Below are positions 48,901 to 62,096 of a stretch of 64,000 bases of DNA, in pieces; the stretch's first letter is position 1; each line of letters opens with the position of its first letter. The translations under genes and the position numbers were made by a program. Under the pieces are notes generated by a model that saw only the letters and a list, made by a program, of their open reading frames with translations, searched no databases and was not told where the DNA came from. This DNA is from Klebsormidium nitens (Eukaryota > Plantae > Klebsormidiophyceae), in contig DF237155.1 of the NCBI GenBank assembly GCA_000708835.1, forward strand, positions 1-64,000. Direction: 5' to 3'.

Positions 48901-49301
48901 AGCACTGGGGCTAGGTTGAATCCAAACCGGTTACATGCAAGATTGAAAAAGTTGCTGACGGTGGACCACCCGTTGGGTTAGAGATCGACACAGGGAAAAG
49001 TGTTTTCTCTGTTTATGCTTCCTTTGCAGAAGTTATCTCAGACTGTCTTTGGATTGGGAATGGTCTGGATGAAGAGCTTCAGATAGTATCAAAAAGAGCT
49101 GCCAAATCCCGAATTGTCCGTGTATCATGCGCGCAGCTCGACGACTGGAGCATGGTCAACTTCTTACCCCTCGACATCGCGGACGAAGAGAGCATCCAGT
49201 ACGTGCTGTCGCATATAGACAACTCGATCCAATACGGTGAGGACGCCGACGTGCGGATAAGGGATCACGAGCCAGGAGACGATGATGACGCTCCCGATTG
49301 A
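45918..49301 (+). CDS. GPN3: GPN-loop GTPase 3 (RNA polymerase assembly/import factor)
   Basis: [16 protein letters not shown]|STYC...NLDPAAE|[30 protein letters not shown]|[12 protein letters not shown]|...NVLSKVDLL|[14 protein letters not shown]...[12 protein letters not shown]...* with TGA at 49299-49301. Confidence 0.95.
46052..46116. repeat. Short minisatellite (about 4 copies of AGTGGTGGTAT plus a variable spacer) in GPN3 intron 1
   Basis: agtggtggtattctgta agtggtggtatgctga agtggtggtatgctt agtggtggtata agtgg. Confidence 0.8.
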
Positions 49302-50652
49302 CCATGTCCCGAAATCGGAGCCTATTCTTTTAGTAACACAAACTGGACGAAACATCTGTCCTATTGTGCGATACCCTGGAGATGCATGGATTGGATGATC
49401 ATGGGATGCACGTGTACAATCTGTGGGCATGATCCACAACCTTAGATTTGCATGCACGGGCCTGCTTAAACCCGATCATATCTTTAATACTATATCTTAA
49501 CGAAGCGGTGTACAGTGATTTTTGTTGCTTGCTATGTGCATCACATCGATCAAAGTGGCGCATACGCATGCTATTTGCATGCATTTGCGGATCCCTCTAA
49601 GCCGGTGGATATCGATGCTGTGGCTGCGCTGCGTGCGGGGATCGGTCCATGGCGCGCGTGAGACAGGCCGCCGGTCAAACAGTCTCAAGTCGCAATCTAT
49701 ATAGTCGGATCGAGGCCGTCACTTAGTTTTCGGTAGCTATGCTGCACTCCTTGCGTGCATGCAAACTTAGGAAATTAGAACAACGCAGTTATGCATGCAG
49801 CGATACAACCGTGACGCGGCCTGCAGGCCGCATTCGAACATGATTCAGAAAATACGAAACATGGAAGGCGGTATCCGCGCCGGCGCCGGTACGTCGCTCA
49901 TGCGTGCACCTTTGACGCACGTGTCGGTTTTGTGGATTTTGTCAAACTGAAAGCAGTATGCCAATCGTATAACTCTGGGTGACACACGGGCCCGGGGGGC
50001 CACCTGATCCTTTGAGATCATGATTGCGCGAAGCTCCTTGTAAAGTACACTGTATACACGCGTTACTTGATCAGCAGCAAGGACCACGAAGGCAGATCTC
50101 TTCTCGCTACATCAACTCTACAGGTAAGACCTCTACAAACAGCTCGAAGTTCTGAAATATTGCTCAGGGTCGCTCAGTCTATCGGCAGGCTTGCTCAATT
50201 CGATGCTATACTTTCTCTGAATTGTACACCTGCACACGCTTGACCAATCGTACGCTACTTCACACCTTGCTCTGCTCGCGGTAAACCTCACCGATAGACC
50301 CTGCTCTTTTTGGAAGTCAGCCGCTATTCATGAACCACCATCTCAAAGTCGTGCGCCTCACTTCACTGGGATTGAGTTCCTGCAGGCTCCACCTCAATTC
50401 TCGCTTCTACTCTCTACAATCTTTGGCAACCGGTCTCTACATCTCAATCAGTGCCGGATAATAGTCCTAAAACACAAGATAATGTTTGGTACTTACACCG
50501 TTTCTGGCTGCTGTTGGCAAACTCCACATCCGAGCTCCCTTCATCGGACAGTCTTGGGACAATTCTCAACTTATTCCATTCAGCACATATCGCTCCACCT
50601 ATTTCCTCTCGTAAACTCTTCCTATCTAACGGCCGACCATAGCGTACATGTC

Positions 50653-53600
50653 TCAAAAGCTGCTTGGATCGTCTCGATCGTACTCGGGGTTTTCATACTG
50701 CGTCCAAAACGCAGAGCCGTCCTCGTTCCCTGCTTCTTTGAGGTGGGGCCCGCCGTCGGTCGCGCCGTCCTTGTTTCCAGGCAGCCGCTCCGCCAGTTTG
50801 AGGCGCTTCTGGTCCCTGTCTCCCGGGCAGATTGTCTTGGTCATGCGCCGCCCCTTCTGGCCGGTTGGCCCGTTGCTGACTCCGTTCGTCATGGGCGCCC
50901 GGTTGAAGACCCCGGGCCCAGGAATGTGGCAGCCGACGCCGGTGGAGAGGCGGGCGGGGGGAGAGACTTTGGGGGAGTCGGTGTGGCTGCCGCTGCGATA
51001 CGCCTGCACAGGTGCAACTCTCACGTCAGCATGCCGGACAGTCTGACCGCCAATCTCAGTTGTATGTAGAAGGGGTGTCCACGAAAACGTCCTACGCATA
51101 CCGTTGCATCAACAAACTCAAGACAAAGCGAGGAGAATCAATGATTTGACCTTTGAAAGCAGAAGCAAAATATTTAAGCCGAGAAAGACAGGCCTTCTAG
51201 CAGCTAATATCATACGAAACCCATTTTGAAGCTAAGCCTGAAATGGATGACCCGGGGCGCGCACATATGGATCCTGTAATTCGTGGCGTCAGGTCGGGAC
51301 AACGATACGTGCACATGTTATTCGCCGTGTTGAAGCTCAGAAACTGAATCGGTTGCGAAAGGGCATTCATGATGAGCACGCACACTAGAAAGAATGAAGG
51401 TCTCTCCGAAAACTTTGGATTCTGTTAGTCGACTTCTGCTTATTCTCGCTTGTTCTTGGTATATCTGGTCCCCACAGAAACGGCTCGTGAGTCAACCTTT
51501 GATAGAGCATGGAACGTAAAACAGCGCCGAGATTACGCTTGAGGGATCCAAAGCAGATTGAACGATCGCTCACATCAAGAAGGCCCGCCTGGGCCGGAAT
51601 GAGCTCCTCTTCGTCCTGGTAAGAAGAGATGTCATCGCAGCGGAAGATGGGGTCGAGGTTCAGGCCATCGATGCTCGGTCCGTGGGGGCAGGGGGAGAGC
51701 GGCGCCGGTGCGACAGCTTCCGGGAACGCCTGCGGAAATCGTTTGAAGAGAAGTCAGATAGTTTGAGTATATCGTGGTGGCCTGACGATGGTTTCTGTCG
51801 GAGAACCAGAGAACAGCAAAAGAGGCTCCAGACCGGGCACAAGTTCACAGAGTTTCGGGCTGCAACAGCACGTGAACAACGTTCAATTGACTCAGTATCA
51901 CTGACTTTCTGGATGTCTAATCAGTTGGCTGTGCCGTCTCCTAGTAGATTGGTCACTTTGATAAATGGTCTGTGAGATTGCCAAGTTGCTCGAATATAAG
52001 TCTTGCTCCCATAGTGACGAGCAGCGTCAGGTGCATCCGACTCTCCGGCCGAAAAATGCAACTCTCCGACCAAATTCACGCCCGATTGAGATGGATTTTC
52101 CGCTTGCGCTTATCTAATCTGACAAAAGACACAACATGTGACGCACCTGCTTTGCGTGCTCTCCTGGTTGCTGCTTAGACGTTGGCACAGCAGCCGCTTT
52201 TGGGGATTCGAAGTAGCGCTCAAACGCTTCCTCCCAGGCCAGTTGAGAAGCCACAGCGGAAGGGACCTCCGGCTCCGGCTTGTCGTTCCGTGGCGTCTCC
52301 TGGTCGGCCAAGCCGCTGCACGGAAAGCGGGCGGCGAGCTTCTGCTTTCCGCAATGCTAGCTTATGACAGAAGGACAAACTCAGGGTCAAGCAACGACAA
52401 GGGTAAACTTCTTAGAACATCGGTTGCGAAGATTGTGGAGCGTTGTTTATGGATGCGCCCCATGCGACTCGTTATCTGCGTCGTCCTGACAAGGGACGCT
52501 TCTCCAGGCGCGATTGCGCGGAAGCCGTCTTGGAGTGCCCCCAACAACCTTTCTCTGTGTTTCTTCAGTCACCCTTCACCGGCATCCCCGGGAAAGGTTT
52601 TCGGGACGAAGGCAACACAAGTGCTCAGTATCCGGGCGGTCCTGGGCTACCCCGCTGTGAGAGGGCCCAAAGCACAAGCTATGCTTCTCTGAAGAACCGA
52701 CACCCGACACCCAGAGTGGAGTAGTGCAGTCCGTGATCCTACCACATCTAGGTCTTATAAGCGAGCTTACTTGACTCTTCAGTGTTACCCTCTAAAGTTC
52801 TGCTGAGAAGCCTTCAACTGGACTTGCAAAAGAAACCACGCTCGATGTCAGCCAGCCCAGCTCACCTCCTGCCGTCGACCTAATGTTCCTCCTCTTCGCC
52901 CGACGCAACGCCGACGTCCTCAACTTTCTCGCCAGGCTGCAACCGTAGGATAGAGGAATGTTTCCAAGCCTTCAGATTAGCCGTTTCTCACCGCTGTTCG
53001 CAGATACAACTGGAATATGGATAGGAACATATGCAGCAGCCTCGGCAACCGGCGCTCTCTTCTTCCAGCCGCAATTCTGCTGACCTATGCTGGAGCTCTC
53101 AGAATTCAACCCACCTGAGGTGCGCCATCCTTGGGCAAATTCGAGCTTGTAGCTCCTTTTGCTGCGCGGAACGCGGGGGCGACGTTGAGCTTGAGCAGCT
53201 TCTTGGTGTCCTCGCGCCTGCTGCAAAATTCTCAGAACCTTGAGAACGTACGTTGCATGAAATAGGTTTAGGTGAGAAATACAGCTTGCCGTGACGAGTC
53301 CGATTTTCAATCAAGGGCTTCGCATTTAGTTTAAATCTTACTCCAAGACGGGTAATCATTGAAAACGTGAGTGCTTTTGAGCTTCCAGCCGAAGACCCTT
53401 TCTGCTGAACGGCCAGATGAACAGCAAGCCCACTATGTCACGACCCCCGTAGTCCAGAAGAACGTTACAGCGGCAGGCTCTAGCTAACCGCATTCCCAAC
53501 GGCGACAGATGAGAAGACAGGGACATTGGCATTTGAGGCGCAGCTGTCGACAAACGTGCAAAACTCCAAGAACCTCTGAGGAAGTTGTTCGTTGAAGTCA

Positions 53601-56600
53601 CTTACTCTTCATCCTTGCGAAGTGTGCCCTTCTCCAACTCTTCCGGAAGGTCGCTCCGAACATCAGCCTCTACTTTGTCTGGTAGATGAACCTGCAGCGT
53701 TAAATGCTTTCAGTACTGATGTTGGCTGGACGCCTCGAACGTCAAGCCAGTACTAAATCCTACTGAGAATGGTGGCGTGTTCCCGCTGTATTTACCCGTC
53801 CGACAATGTGCACACTTGGAGTGAGTTCGACGTGTCAAAAGAGAGGTGATCAAGATCCCGGAAAGAGTACTGAGCGAACGTATCCGCACGGCCAAACGAG
53901 ACAATAAACGATCATGTTCGACGCCTTGTCCCGCTTTTCTGGGCGTATGGAGACAATATCTCGGAGCAGCTGATCCCGCAGGACGTCCGAAAGTGGCAAA
54001 TTGTAGGGAATCTTGATGGCCGGCATTTCTGCTAATCCACGCTATCATCACTCACGTTCGACACAAACGGCGCCGACACAGTGGGGCGCACCTTCTTGTC
54101 GTCCGCTGCAAATGGTCCCACGTCGGATTGGCTGCCCACCGGGAAGACGCTGTCGGCACCGTCCGACGGTGCGGCGGTGGTGGAGATGAGGGCGCTGGAC
54201 AGTTCGACGTTCTTGCAGTGCTCACCGGTTTGCTGCTGGCCGTTGGGGTTGATCTGAACCAGCAGCAAAGGTGCTACTTGTGAGTGGCTAGGAATCCCTT
54301 GAACAAGATATCAACGGACAATTGTCACGCATTGACTTGATGGGGTCTCCATCGAATTAGCTGACATCGCACTTTCGAGCAAGACATTGAAAGGTGCATT
54401 CATCCGGCCTTCTTTATGCTCATACTTTGCTCGAACTCCCGAGAATGAGGGCAGGCAAGTCAACCTGTTCGACGACGATCTAGCAAAGTAACGCCGAATC
54501 ATCTTGTGTCAAAATGGGCCAGCATGTTGCTCCTCTAGCTTTGCAGAGTTACTGTGGAACCGAGGTTGTCATGATCGCCAGGGCGAACCTTGACATTAAG
54601 TCCCCCTGCAAACAGCCATTTTCTAAACCAACTGCTCAGTACAAGGCCGACGCGAGTTTCAATAAGCTGCAGCCCGCACCTGTTTCATGACTGTGGTGGT
54701 GCTGCTGATTGTGAACCCGACCTTTTTGTTGTCCAGGTTGTTGGGCGCCAGGGAAGAGGTTAAGCTGTTGACCACGGCCGGTGCATTGGGCTGGGGCTCC
54801 GTCACGTCCAGACTGCAGGAACCGGAAAAACGTTTGAGGCAGTCGGAGCCCTGGGAAAGACGATGACTTCGACTGCAACGATTAACCGCTTATTTATTGG
54901 GTTCAGATCAACGGGTATTCTTCCAAACGATTCAAGTGCGATAGAGGCACAAAGTGTTTGCCTCATTCACTCAAAATACTACACCGTGAAAGAGGCACTC
55001 CGACGATCCACCAGGTCCGACAGAAACTGGGAATCTCTCCAAGCTCGTAGAACGTCTGTCTCTCAACGGACTTTGTTACCCCGTCTCTGAACATTGAAAG
55101 AAGCGGTTCTCTTAGGCAAGACTCTAGCACGAGCGACGGCTTCGATCTTCTCATACGATGCTGGACACAGTACGGCATCACTCACGTGATCTGCTTCTCG
55201 TTCGCCGCGCCATGCTGCTGCTTCTCCACAACGTCGAGGCACACATCCGGCCGCCCGTCGCCTTTCACAACCACGTCAAGCTGCATTTCAGCCGGCGTCC
55301 GAATCAGAGGCGTCAAGGAGGCAAATCAAGCCGAAGTATGCGCACGGATTGGGAAGAGGCCGCCCAACATGAGATTCAGTTCCACCCGACAATCGAGATT
55401 ATGTGCAGACGAGAGAAGCGAAAATACAGAACAAGAAGAAAGGGGCGAGCCCGCGGTCACGATAAAGTGGTAAGGGACAGCTTGCTGTAAATGGAAACCA
55501 GTCCCAAGCGCGCACCGCTGGTGGAAGCAGACAGAATCTCCTGACCAAAAGGCAACGGCGAAGGATCTTGACTCCAAATGAGTCGCCACGTCGTCTCTTT
55601 CAAAAGTTCCAGTGTCGCCAGATGCGTTCAGGAAGTGTAGACTGCAGACTACAAGTGTAGATTTGCTGGACGAGACAATTCCGCCGATTCTCGCACACAT
55701 GATCGGCACTCCTCAGCTAGATCAGCCAAGCCTTTCCGCAATCCACCCGCTCAAAGTTATAAGCTTGTCAACAACCTTTGGAACACTTCGAGCTCACCTG
55801 CGCAGATTCTGGAAGCGCTCCATTTCCGCCAGCTGGCACGATCAGCTTCTCGTCCTCAGCGCTTCCCTCCACGTCATCGACAATCTCGCCGTCCTCTACC
55901 TCGTCCATCTCGCCCAGCGGGCCGCCAGTCTCTCCCTTCCACCGATCCCCTTTGAGGCCCGACGCCCCACTGGCCCCACAGTGCAGCCCCTTTGCGCCGG
56001 CTGCAATCGTCTTCTGGCCCAGCCCGTTCGCTTCCGGGTCGTTGAATCGGCTGAGGGGACTCGGCTTCACCGCCAGTTGTGCTCCGATTTCAGCATCCAA
56101 CTCCCTGGCACCGTGCTTCAGCGAAGCCTCTCCTCCTCGAGACCTGTCGGCGAACAATCCGAAACCGCGACCGGAAGCATCCTCAAAGTCGAGGCGTGTC
56201 ACGAGCGGAGCGGTACCTCCCAACTGTTCGTGGACCAGTGTCCGGCGCCAAGGGGTTAAGCTCCTCATGTAGGTCTCCGGGAGAGGCGCCAGGTGGGTCG
56301 GAGGGAAGGGGACTTGTTCCAGTAGCATGTTCCCAGCGTCTCCCGTGAGCATGAGGGCAGACGTACCGCGACCCGTGGCTGCGTTGGGGTACAGCAACTG
56401 AGGGGGGCGAGGGGGGAGGCCCAGAGGGAAGATGGGGCTGTTGCGGAGGGGGCTGCTGTTGAAGGGGCCCTCCCGAGGCAGTCGAGCTTCTGTAGACAGG
56501 CCGAGAGGGGCGCCCACCTGCAAGGAAAGACGGACTGTTCAGAAAGTTGCTGCGCAGTGGCAAGACTTGACGACTCCATTTGGCTGACAGTTGGCGTAAA

Positions 56601-59600
56601 GATGATCTTAAGCCAGCAAGGCAACAGAATGGGCGTTGCAACCGTGGAACCCGCGGCTGACTTCGAAATACACAAACATTTCCTTTATGTGTTCGGTCTC
56701 AAATGTATATCCTTCTGGTTTCAGAACACGAAAGGAAGCCGCACCAGGGGAACAGACTTTTTAGATCTGTCGAGCACCCGGGGCTTTTAGGTAGCTGGAG
56801 GCACCATTCACATGTTGACCTGTCTCACAGCGGCTGGAACTAGAGAAAGCCGGCTCATTGCGTGCGTCGACCTCTTGTGATCAAAAATCTCCGCTGGACC
56901 ATTCATGATTGGCCGTTCAAGGGGGCAAACTGTCTGCAAAAAGGCCTATCCAGACATGCTGGGATCTCCAGCGGCATGGTTAGAAAAGAAGGGACGGAAA
57001 GGTCGGACAATCCCAAAGACTATTTCTTCCAGGGTCGACCTACCTGGAACATGTCCGCCTGCCTCAAACCCCCGCTCGTGGCTTGGCGCGCTTGGCGGAA
57101 GTGGCCGGGGGAGGTGACGTCCTTGGCAGCCAGGCCAGCCAGAGCTCCAAGGCTCTTTCCCGTGCTGCCAGCAGACGGCACCCGATCAGCAGACAGGCCA
57201 GGAGCCGTGGACGACGGGCTGGCTACGGAGCGGCCGAGGACCTGTGACAGGAGAAAGGAGACAGTATGTCAAATGTGCGCAAGCTCAGAAATGTGACGTG
57301 TATGCCTGACGAAACCTTGTCATCTTCGGAGCAGACTGTGCGCCCTTGAAGTGTGGGCACGTGGTCAGAACAGACACCAAACCTTTTCCTGTTCTTTTGT
57401 AAAAGGTTCGGTTATGAAGCTGAAGAGTAGGCATCTGGCAAGCGCTTGCTCCGAAACGACTCTTTAAGTCACGATGCTCAAGAAGTATGAGCATCGCAGG
57501 CAACGCAAGCACTGATAAATCTACGAAGTCTTCCATCCTGCCTGAGAAAGCTGGCCTTTGGGCAACCCAAGGGAATCTCTCACACCTCTTGCCACCTGTC
57601 GTAGTACACAAAGTGGACGTCTCACCTGCTTCTTCTTCTCCAGCTCAGCGGCCTTGAACTCGTCGGTGAACCTCTTCCGGCTCAGCAGTGCTGCGACGTG
57701 CTCTGCTTGCGCCCGTCTCGCCGCCTCCCCGTCGGCCTCCTCGTCGTCTAGCAGGAGGTGCAGCTCGTGGTACTTGCGCCGCTCGTCGGCCTTGGCAGCG
57801 ATCATGCACTCCAGCGCCACCTTGGTGGGGGAGTCTGCACCCTCCTTGACCTGTGCCACGTGTTCTGTCTGGTTCTCAGGAGCGAGGTTGGCGGGGTGCT
57901 CAGCAAAGACAGCGCGTGCTGGAGAGCTTCTTCCCACCCCGCCCCTCTCCTTGCTGTGGTTGCTGTTGGTTATGTCAGGAGCATTCTCGTTAAAGTAGCG
58001 TGCCTGCAGAGTTGGATGGAAACTGATGTTGCAAGGACAGCTGTCAAACGCATGGACAAGCGAAGCGTATCTGTACGTTGTGCGCCTGGTCACAAAGAAA
58101 AGCAGCCAATAACTTTCTAGGCTACTCCCCAGACACTTCACTCTTGATACTGGCTAAAAGTTGCGCTTCAAAATCTTGAGTTGCCCTTGTGTATTCAATC
58201 GTGTTCACTCCCTACCAAAAGCCCTGTGCTATTGATTGCTTAGATCATCCCAGCGATGGGGCTGAGATGAAGGACACTAGGTTAGCCAATGAGATTCTGC
58301 ATTGAAGCCTCATAAAATGGGTGGAGAAGATGCAGGAGCTTCCGCTACAACTTGAAAGCCTCTCTGCAAAATGTTGCTAACCAATTGCTGTTGCGCATCT
58401 GCTCAAGAAGGTGCGGTTCTCGCAAGATCTGTAACATTTCCGCTTTATAGAAGTAGACCACTAAACCAAGGTGCCACCTAGTACGATTTGAGGAAACCCA
58501 GTCCCATTATGCATGCAAGCAGACAGTCTATCTGTACCTATCAAGAATGCCAGTACTGAAAAAGCACAGAATGCCTGGCCCTCTCACCTGCATGTCCCTC
58601 CTCGCACGCTTGATGGGAAGCGACGAGTCGTCATCACTACCCTCAGCTTCGTTCGCGGCAGTTGTCTCATGTGACCATGCAGGCTTGCTGCTAATCCTGC
58701 AAATACAAAGTGACCTATCAAGAACAACACAACAGAGGGCTATGACCACATTGTTCTTCTGCAGCTTCGATCACTCTAAAAGTGAAAGAGCATCAAACAG
58801 GTCCTCATTTGCCAGCTGTGCCGAGAAGAAGTCAGACGCCATATTTGATAGCAAACCCAGCCCAGCCTTTTCAGATCAAGAGCTTTGGAACGCACAAAAT
58901 ATCTTTCGAAAGGATAACCTCGATCGGCTTGCACATTCGCATTTAAAACCTTGAGTAAAACAGGCAGTGTCAGCAACCAATGTACAATGGATGAGAAAGT
59001 TTGGCACATACCCTGAGCCTCGAGATCCAGCTCCTCTCGCCGCCTCTGAGTGGCCTCTGTTGGATGGAGAGAGCCCGTTTCGGTGACTCTTCATGGCGCT
59101 GCCTGAGGAGACACTGCAGAAAGAGGATCATCTGATTAGTGCAGATTAAGGGGAAACAAAGTACCTTTCTTTGCCTTTGATTCAAGAAAACTCGTCATAT
59201 CTCTCAACTATTAAGGATACGGAGTTCTGCAACAATGCGCGCGGTTATAATTCCTTGAGCAATCAGAGAGATGGACGCTGTCATCCATCAGGGTGACGTT
59301 GGTTCTGCGACGTACCCATCCTTGTCTGCGTCGTAGTGATAGTGCTTCACAGTGAAATAGCCCCTCGCACTTTCCCCGCTGATGTTCTGAGAATGGGATG
59401 TTCTGGCCATCTCTCGACTCCTCTTCCTGTTTTCGGCGTGCTTTTTGGCGATCTGGCACCAGGAAAGAAGGAACACCAGGGGCTCAGTTCAGCTTCAGGA
59501 ATTCATAAAGCTCAGTTCAGCAAGCCTTTCACTTAGCTCAACAATGGCAAGGGGACAATTCTTTACACATTCACCAATAAGGCAATTCTGGCAGAATTCC

Positions 59601-60111
59601 ATACTTGCGCCTGAGGAATCCTGTGCCAGTACCAGACTGCACTTCACAGCAGCCACTGGACTCCACAATGCTGCTCTCTGCAGACTCAGTAGTCCTCTTT
59701 CCTGAGATTATACATTCTGACGTTTCTTTCCAGTTGGTATTGCTCAGATTTGGAACAAGGTGCAAAGTTGAGACCTCAAAGTGGCGGCTAAGGTCCAGCT
59801 GATCCGAACATAAACGGCCATCAACTCACTGCCTGCTTCTGTGCAGTCTCTGCCTCGATTGCATCCAGGATGCGGCTCGCTGCCCAATCCTCTGCCTGTG
59901 GTAAACCTCTGCCCCTCAACCCGATCAAGGCATACTTGAAGTACTCTTTGGTATTGGAGCGGGAGAACTCAAACGGCTTATCAGCGCAGAATGACTCAAG
60001 ACTGTCTATTGAGTACACGAAGTCAGGTTTCTGTAGGAGATCGTCTGCTGCCTTCTCAATCTTTGCACGCAAAATGGCCGCAGCTGCATCGTTTGCCAAT
60101 GCAGGATCCAT
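50653..60111 (-). CDS. Large multi-exon hypothetical protein (about 17 exons), mostly low-complexity/disordered, with a helical N-terminal domain
   Basis: ATG at 60111 (MDPALANDAAAAILRAKIEKAADDLL...). A phase-compatible GT-AG exon chain can be traced from 60111 to about 53600 (e.g. 60111..59830, 59452..59316, ~58007..57626, ~56520..55795) and again from about 52940 to the stop at 50653 (...ENPEYDRDDPSSF*). The junction around 52.9-53.7 kb is unresolved, so this may be two genes. Confidence 0.6.
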
Positions 60112-60225
60112 GTCAGGAAAGAACGCAGGATTGGGGCAGCATTGAGGCCGTGGAACTTTGAAGGCATCAACATCTAGCTAGGAGTTTCTGGCCCTGCATT
60201 GCGGAATTCAGAATAGGTAATCTCT

Positions 60226-60259
60226 CTAGTACGGTACTAGTACTAGTAGTACTAGCTAG
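60226..60259. repeat. Simple palindromic repeat (TACTAG/CTAG)n upstream of the orphan gene
   Basis: ctagtacggtactagtactagtagtactagctag. Confidence 0.6.
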
Positions 60260-60656
60260 ATGCTCATCAATGCAATCCATTGCAATGCAAATTCAATGCA
60301 AGGCTGCCTGAATCAGCTAGATTGCAATTCGAGTCGCTGACATCACTAGACTTGTCGACTGCATGAACCCTCTGATTCTGACGGAAACGTTTGCGCCGTC
60401 AGATGCAGCTCTTCAGCATCTAAGCCGTTGAATCAGCAGTGGCAACATCCAATTCACGTGCTGTGATTGGAATCTATGGTCACGTGTCCAGTCTGGTGTA
60501 CCATTCTCATTGGTTCTCGCTTGCCACGTGTTTATACGTGGCTAGGTGGTCGCGTGACTGTGGAACAGTCTGGCAGACTTCGACTTCAGCAGCTTCAAAA
60601 TTCAGACTCGGGGAGTCGGAATACGGTACCTATCCTATAGCCTTATTATGGTGACA

Positions 60657-61007
60657 CAACGGATGGAAGGAGAACGCGGACTGCAGTTTGCAGTCCGAGA
60701 CCCCCACACCGGTTGGTACTGTTCAGTTTGCGCGCGCAAGATTGATGCAAGGCTAGCTGGCCACGCGCGCGACCTAGCATGCCCATAACGTAACTCAAAG
60801 CCTGCTGCTGACCGACCAGCCCGACTTCCACCGAGCGCTCGAATGCAGTCATTTAGCCCTGGCACCATGCTCCCAGTTGCCGAACAAACGACCCGGTGAC
60901 CCGTAATGTACGGTAACCAGCTTAAATTGACTTGCGGGTGCAGGGTACCAACCGGTGTGGGGGTCCAGAAAGGAAAACTGGAGTCCACGTTCTCCTTCCA
61001 TGCGTTC
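60657..61007. mobile_element. MITE-like non-autonomous element, copy 2 (351 bp)
   Basis: Same length and orientation as 37606..37956, with only scattered substitutions. Flanked by a direct TGACA on both sides (60652-60656, 61008-61012). Confidence 0.85.
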
Positions 61008-61097
61008 TGACATATTCTGACTCCAGCCTACGGGTTTTTGAACAAAATTTGAAGTTCGTTTTCAAGCTCTCAGATTCTCTCTTTTGGCACCCACCAC

Positions 61098-61940
61098 AAC
61101 ATGGGCGCCCTTACTGGGTGCTCATGATTTTGGGCCTCGGCCTATGCTCTAGGGAACTGTCCCTCTGTGGGGCTCTGGGCAAGCACCTATATATGTCATG
61201 TAGGTGGTATGCTCTAAAAGGGCTTTGCCCCACTTTGAGACATTGTCTCTTCTCCGGGGCCAAAAGACCTGAAAGACTTCTGCTTTGTATGTTGCCTTCG
61301 TTTGACTGAGTTGGTTTTTGCGGATCTTCTTGGAACTCCTCTTGTTGCTTCATTGGTCCTTTGCATTTGCATTTCCGATGCTTTTCTGCTTGAGGATGTC
61401 AAGAGAGTGTTTGTTCACAAGGTTTGCAGACCTGAGGATTTTTTGCGGCGGCGCAACAGAAATTGAATTAGGGATTTTGCAAGTGCATCCAACTTCTCAC
61501 TTTCAACAACAGTCTAAACATCCAAGATTCTTATGCTCAGCGTCACCCAAGAAGAAAGAAGATCTGGTGTGTGTTGTGTTTCTTCTGACTTTCGCCAGAG
61601 TTTTTGTCTCCTCATCAACATGGGCAACCCTTGGGTGCTCATGATTTGGGCCTTCGGCCAATTGCTCTAGGGAACCGTCCCTCTTTAGGACTCTGGGCAA
61701 GCACCTATATACGTCATGTAGGTGGTATGCTCTAAAGGGGCTTTGCCCCACTTCGAGACATTGTCTCCACTGCTGAGCCAAACAACTTCTGCTTTGTATG
61801 TTGCCTCTCCTAATCTTCCCAACCTGCTTCGAGTCAATTCACGATTTGATGCTTCATTGCTCGTTTTGCATCTGCCTTTCTGATGCAGTCCTGCTCCAAA
61901 ATGTCATGTCCAAGATGTCACGAGTGTATTTGTTCACAAA
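61098..61940. repeat. Diverged tandem duplication with a unit of about 520 bp
   Basis: caacatgggc...gcaagcacctata...catgtaggtggtatgctctaaa.gggctttgccccactt.gagacattgtctc occurs at about 61098 and 61617. Similarity continues through acttctgctttgtatgttgcct, gcttcattg and tttgttcacaa in both copies. Confidence 0.8.
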
Positions 61941-62096
61941 ACCGGCATCCTGGCTGATCCTTGCGCTTAAGAAAATGAGAGCTGGTGGATGTCGGAAGAG
62001 TATCCAATTTTGTATGTTGTCTATGTTTTTCATCAATGTCTCCTGGAAGTGGTGTACACCTTGCTTTTTCCACGGCAGTCATTGTGGCCTTGTGAA

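Noticed and set aside
52990-53090. Cys-rich peptide CRGCCICSYPYSSCICEQ as a possible zinc-binding micro-exon of the orphan gene
   Set aside because: It would need a 25-nt intron, which is implausibly short, so it is probably intronic or off-frame.
61098-61810. Possible TRIM/LTR pair
   Set aside because: The similarity extends through most of a ~520-bp unit (a tandem duplication). No clear TG...CA ends, PBS, PPT or TSD were found.
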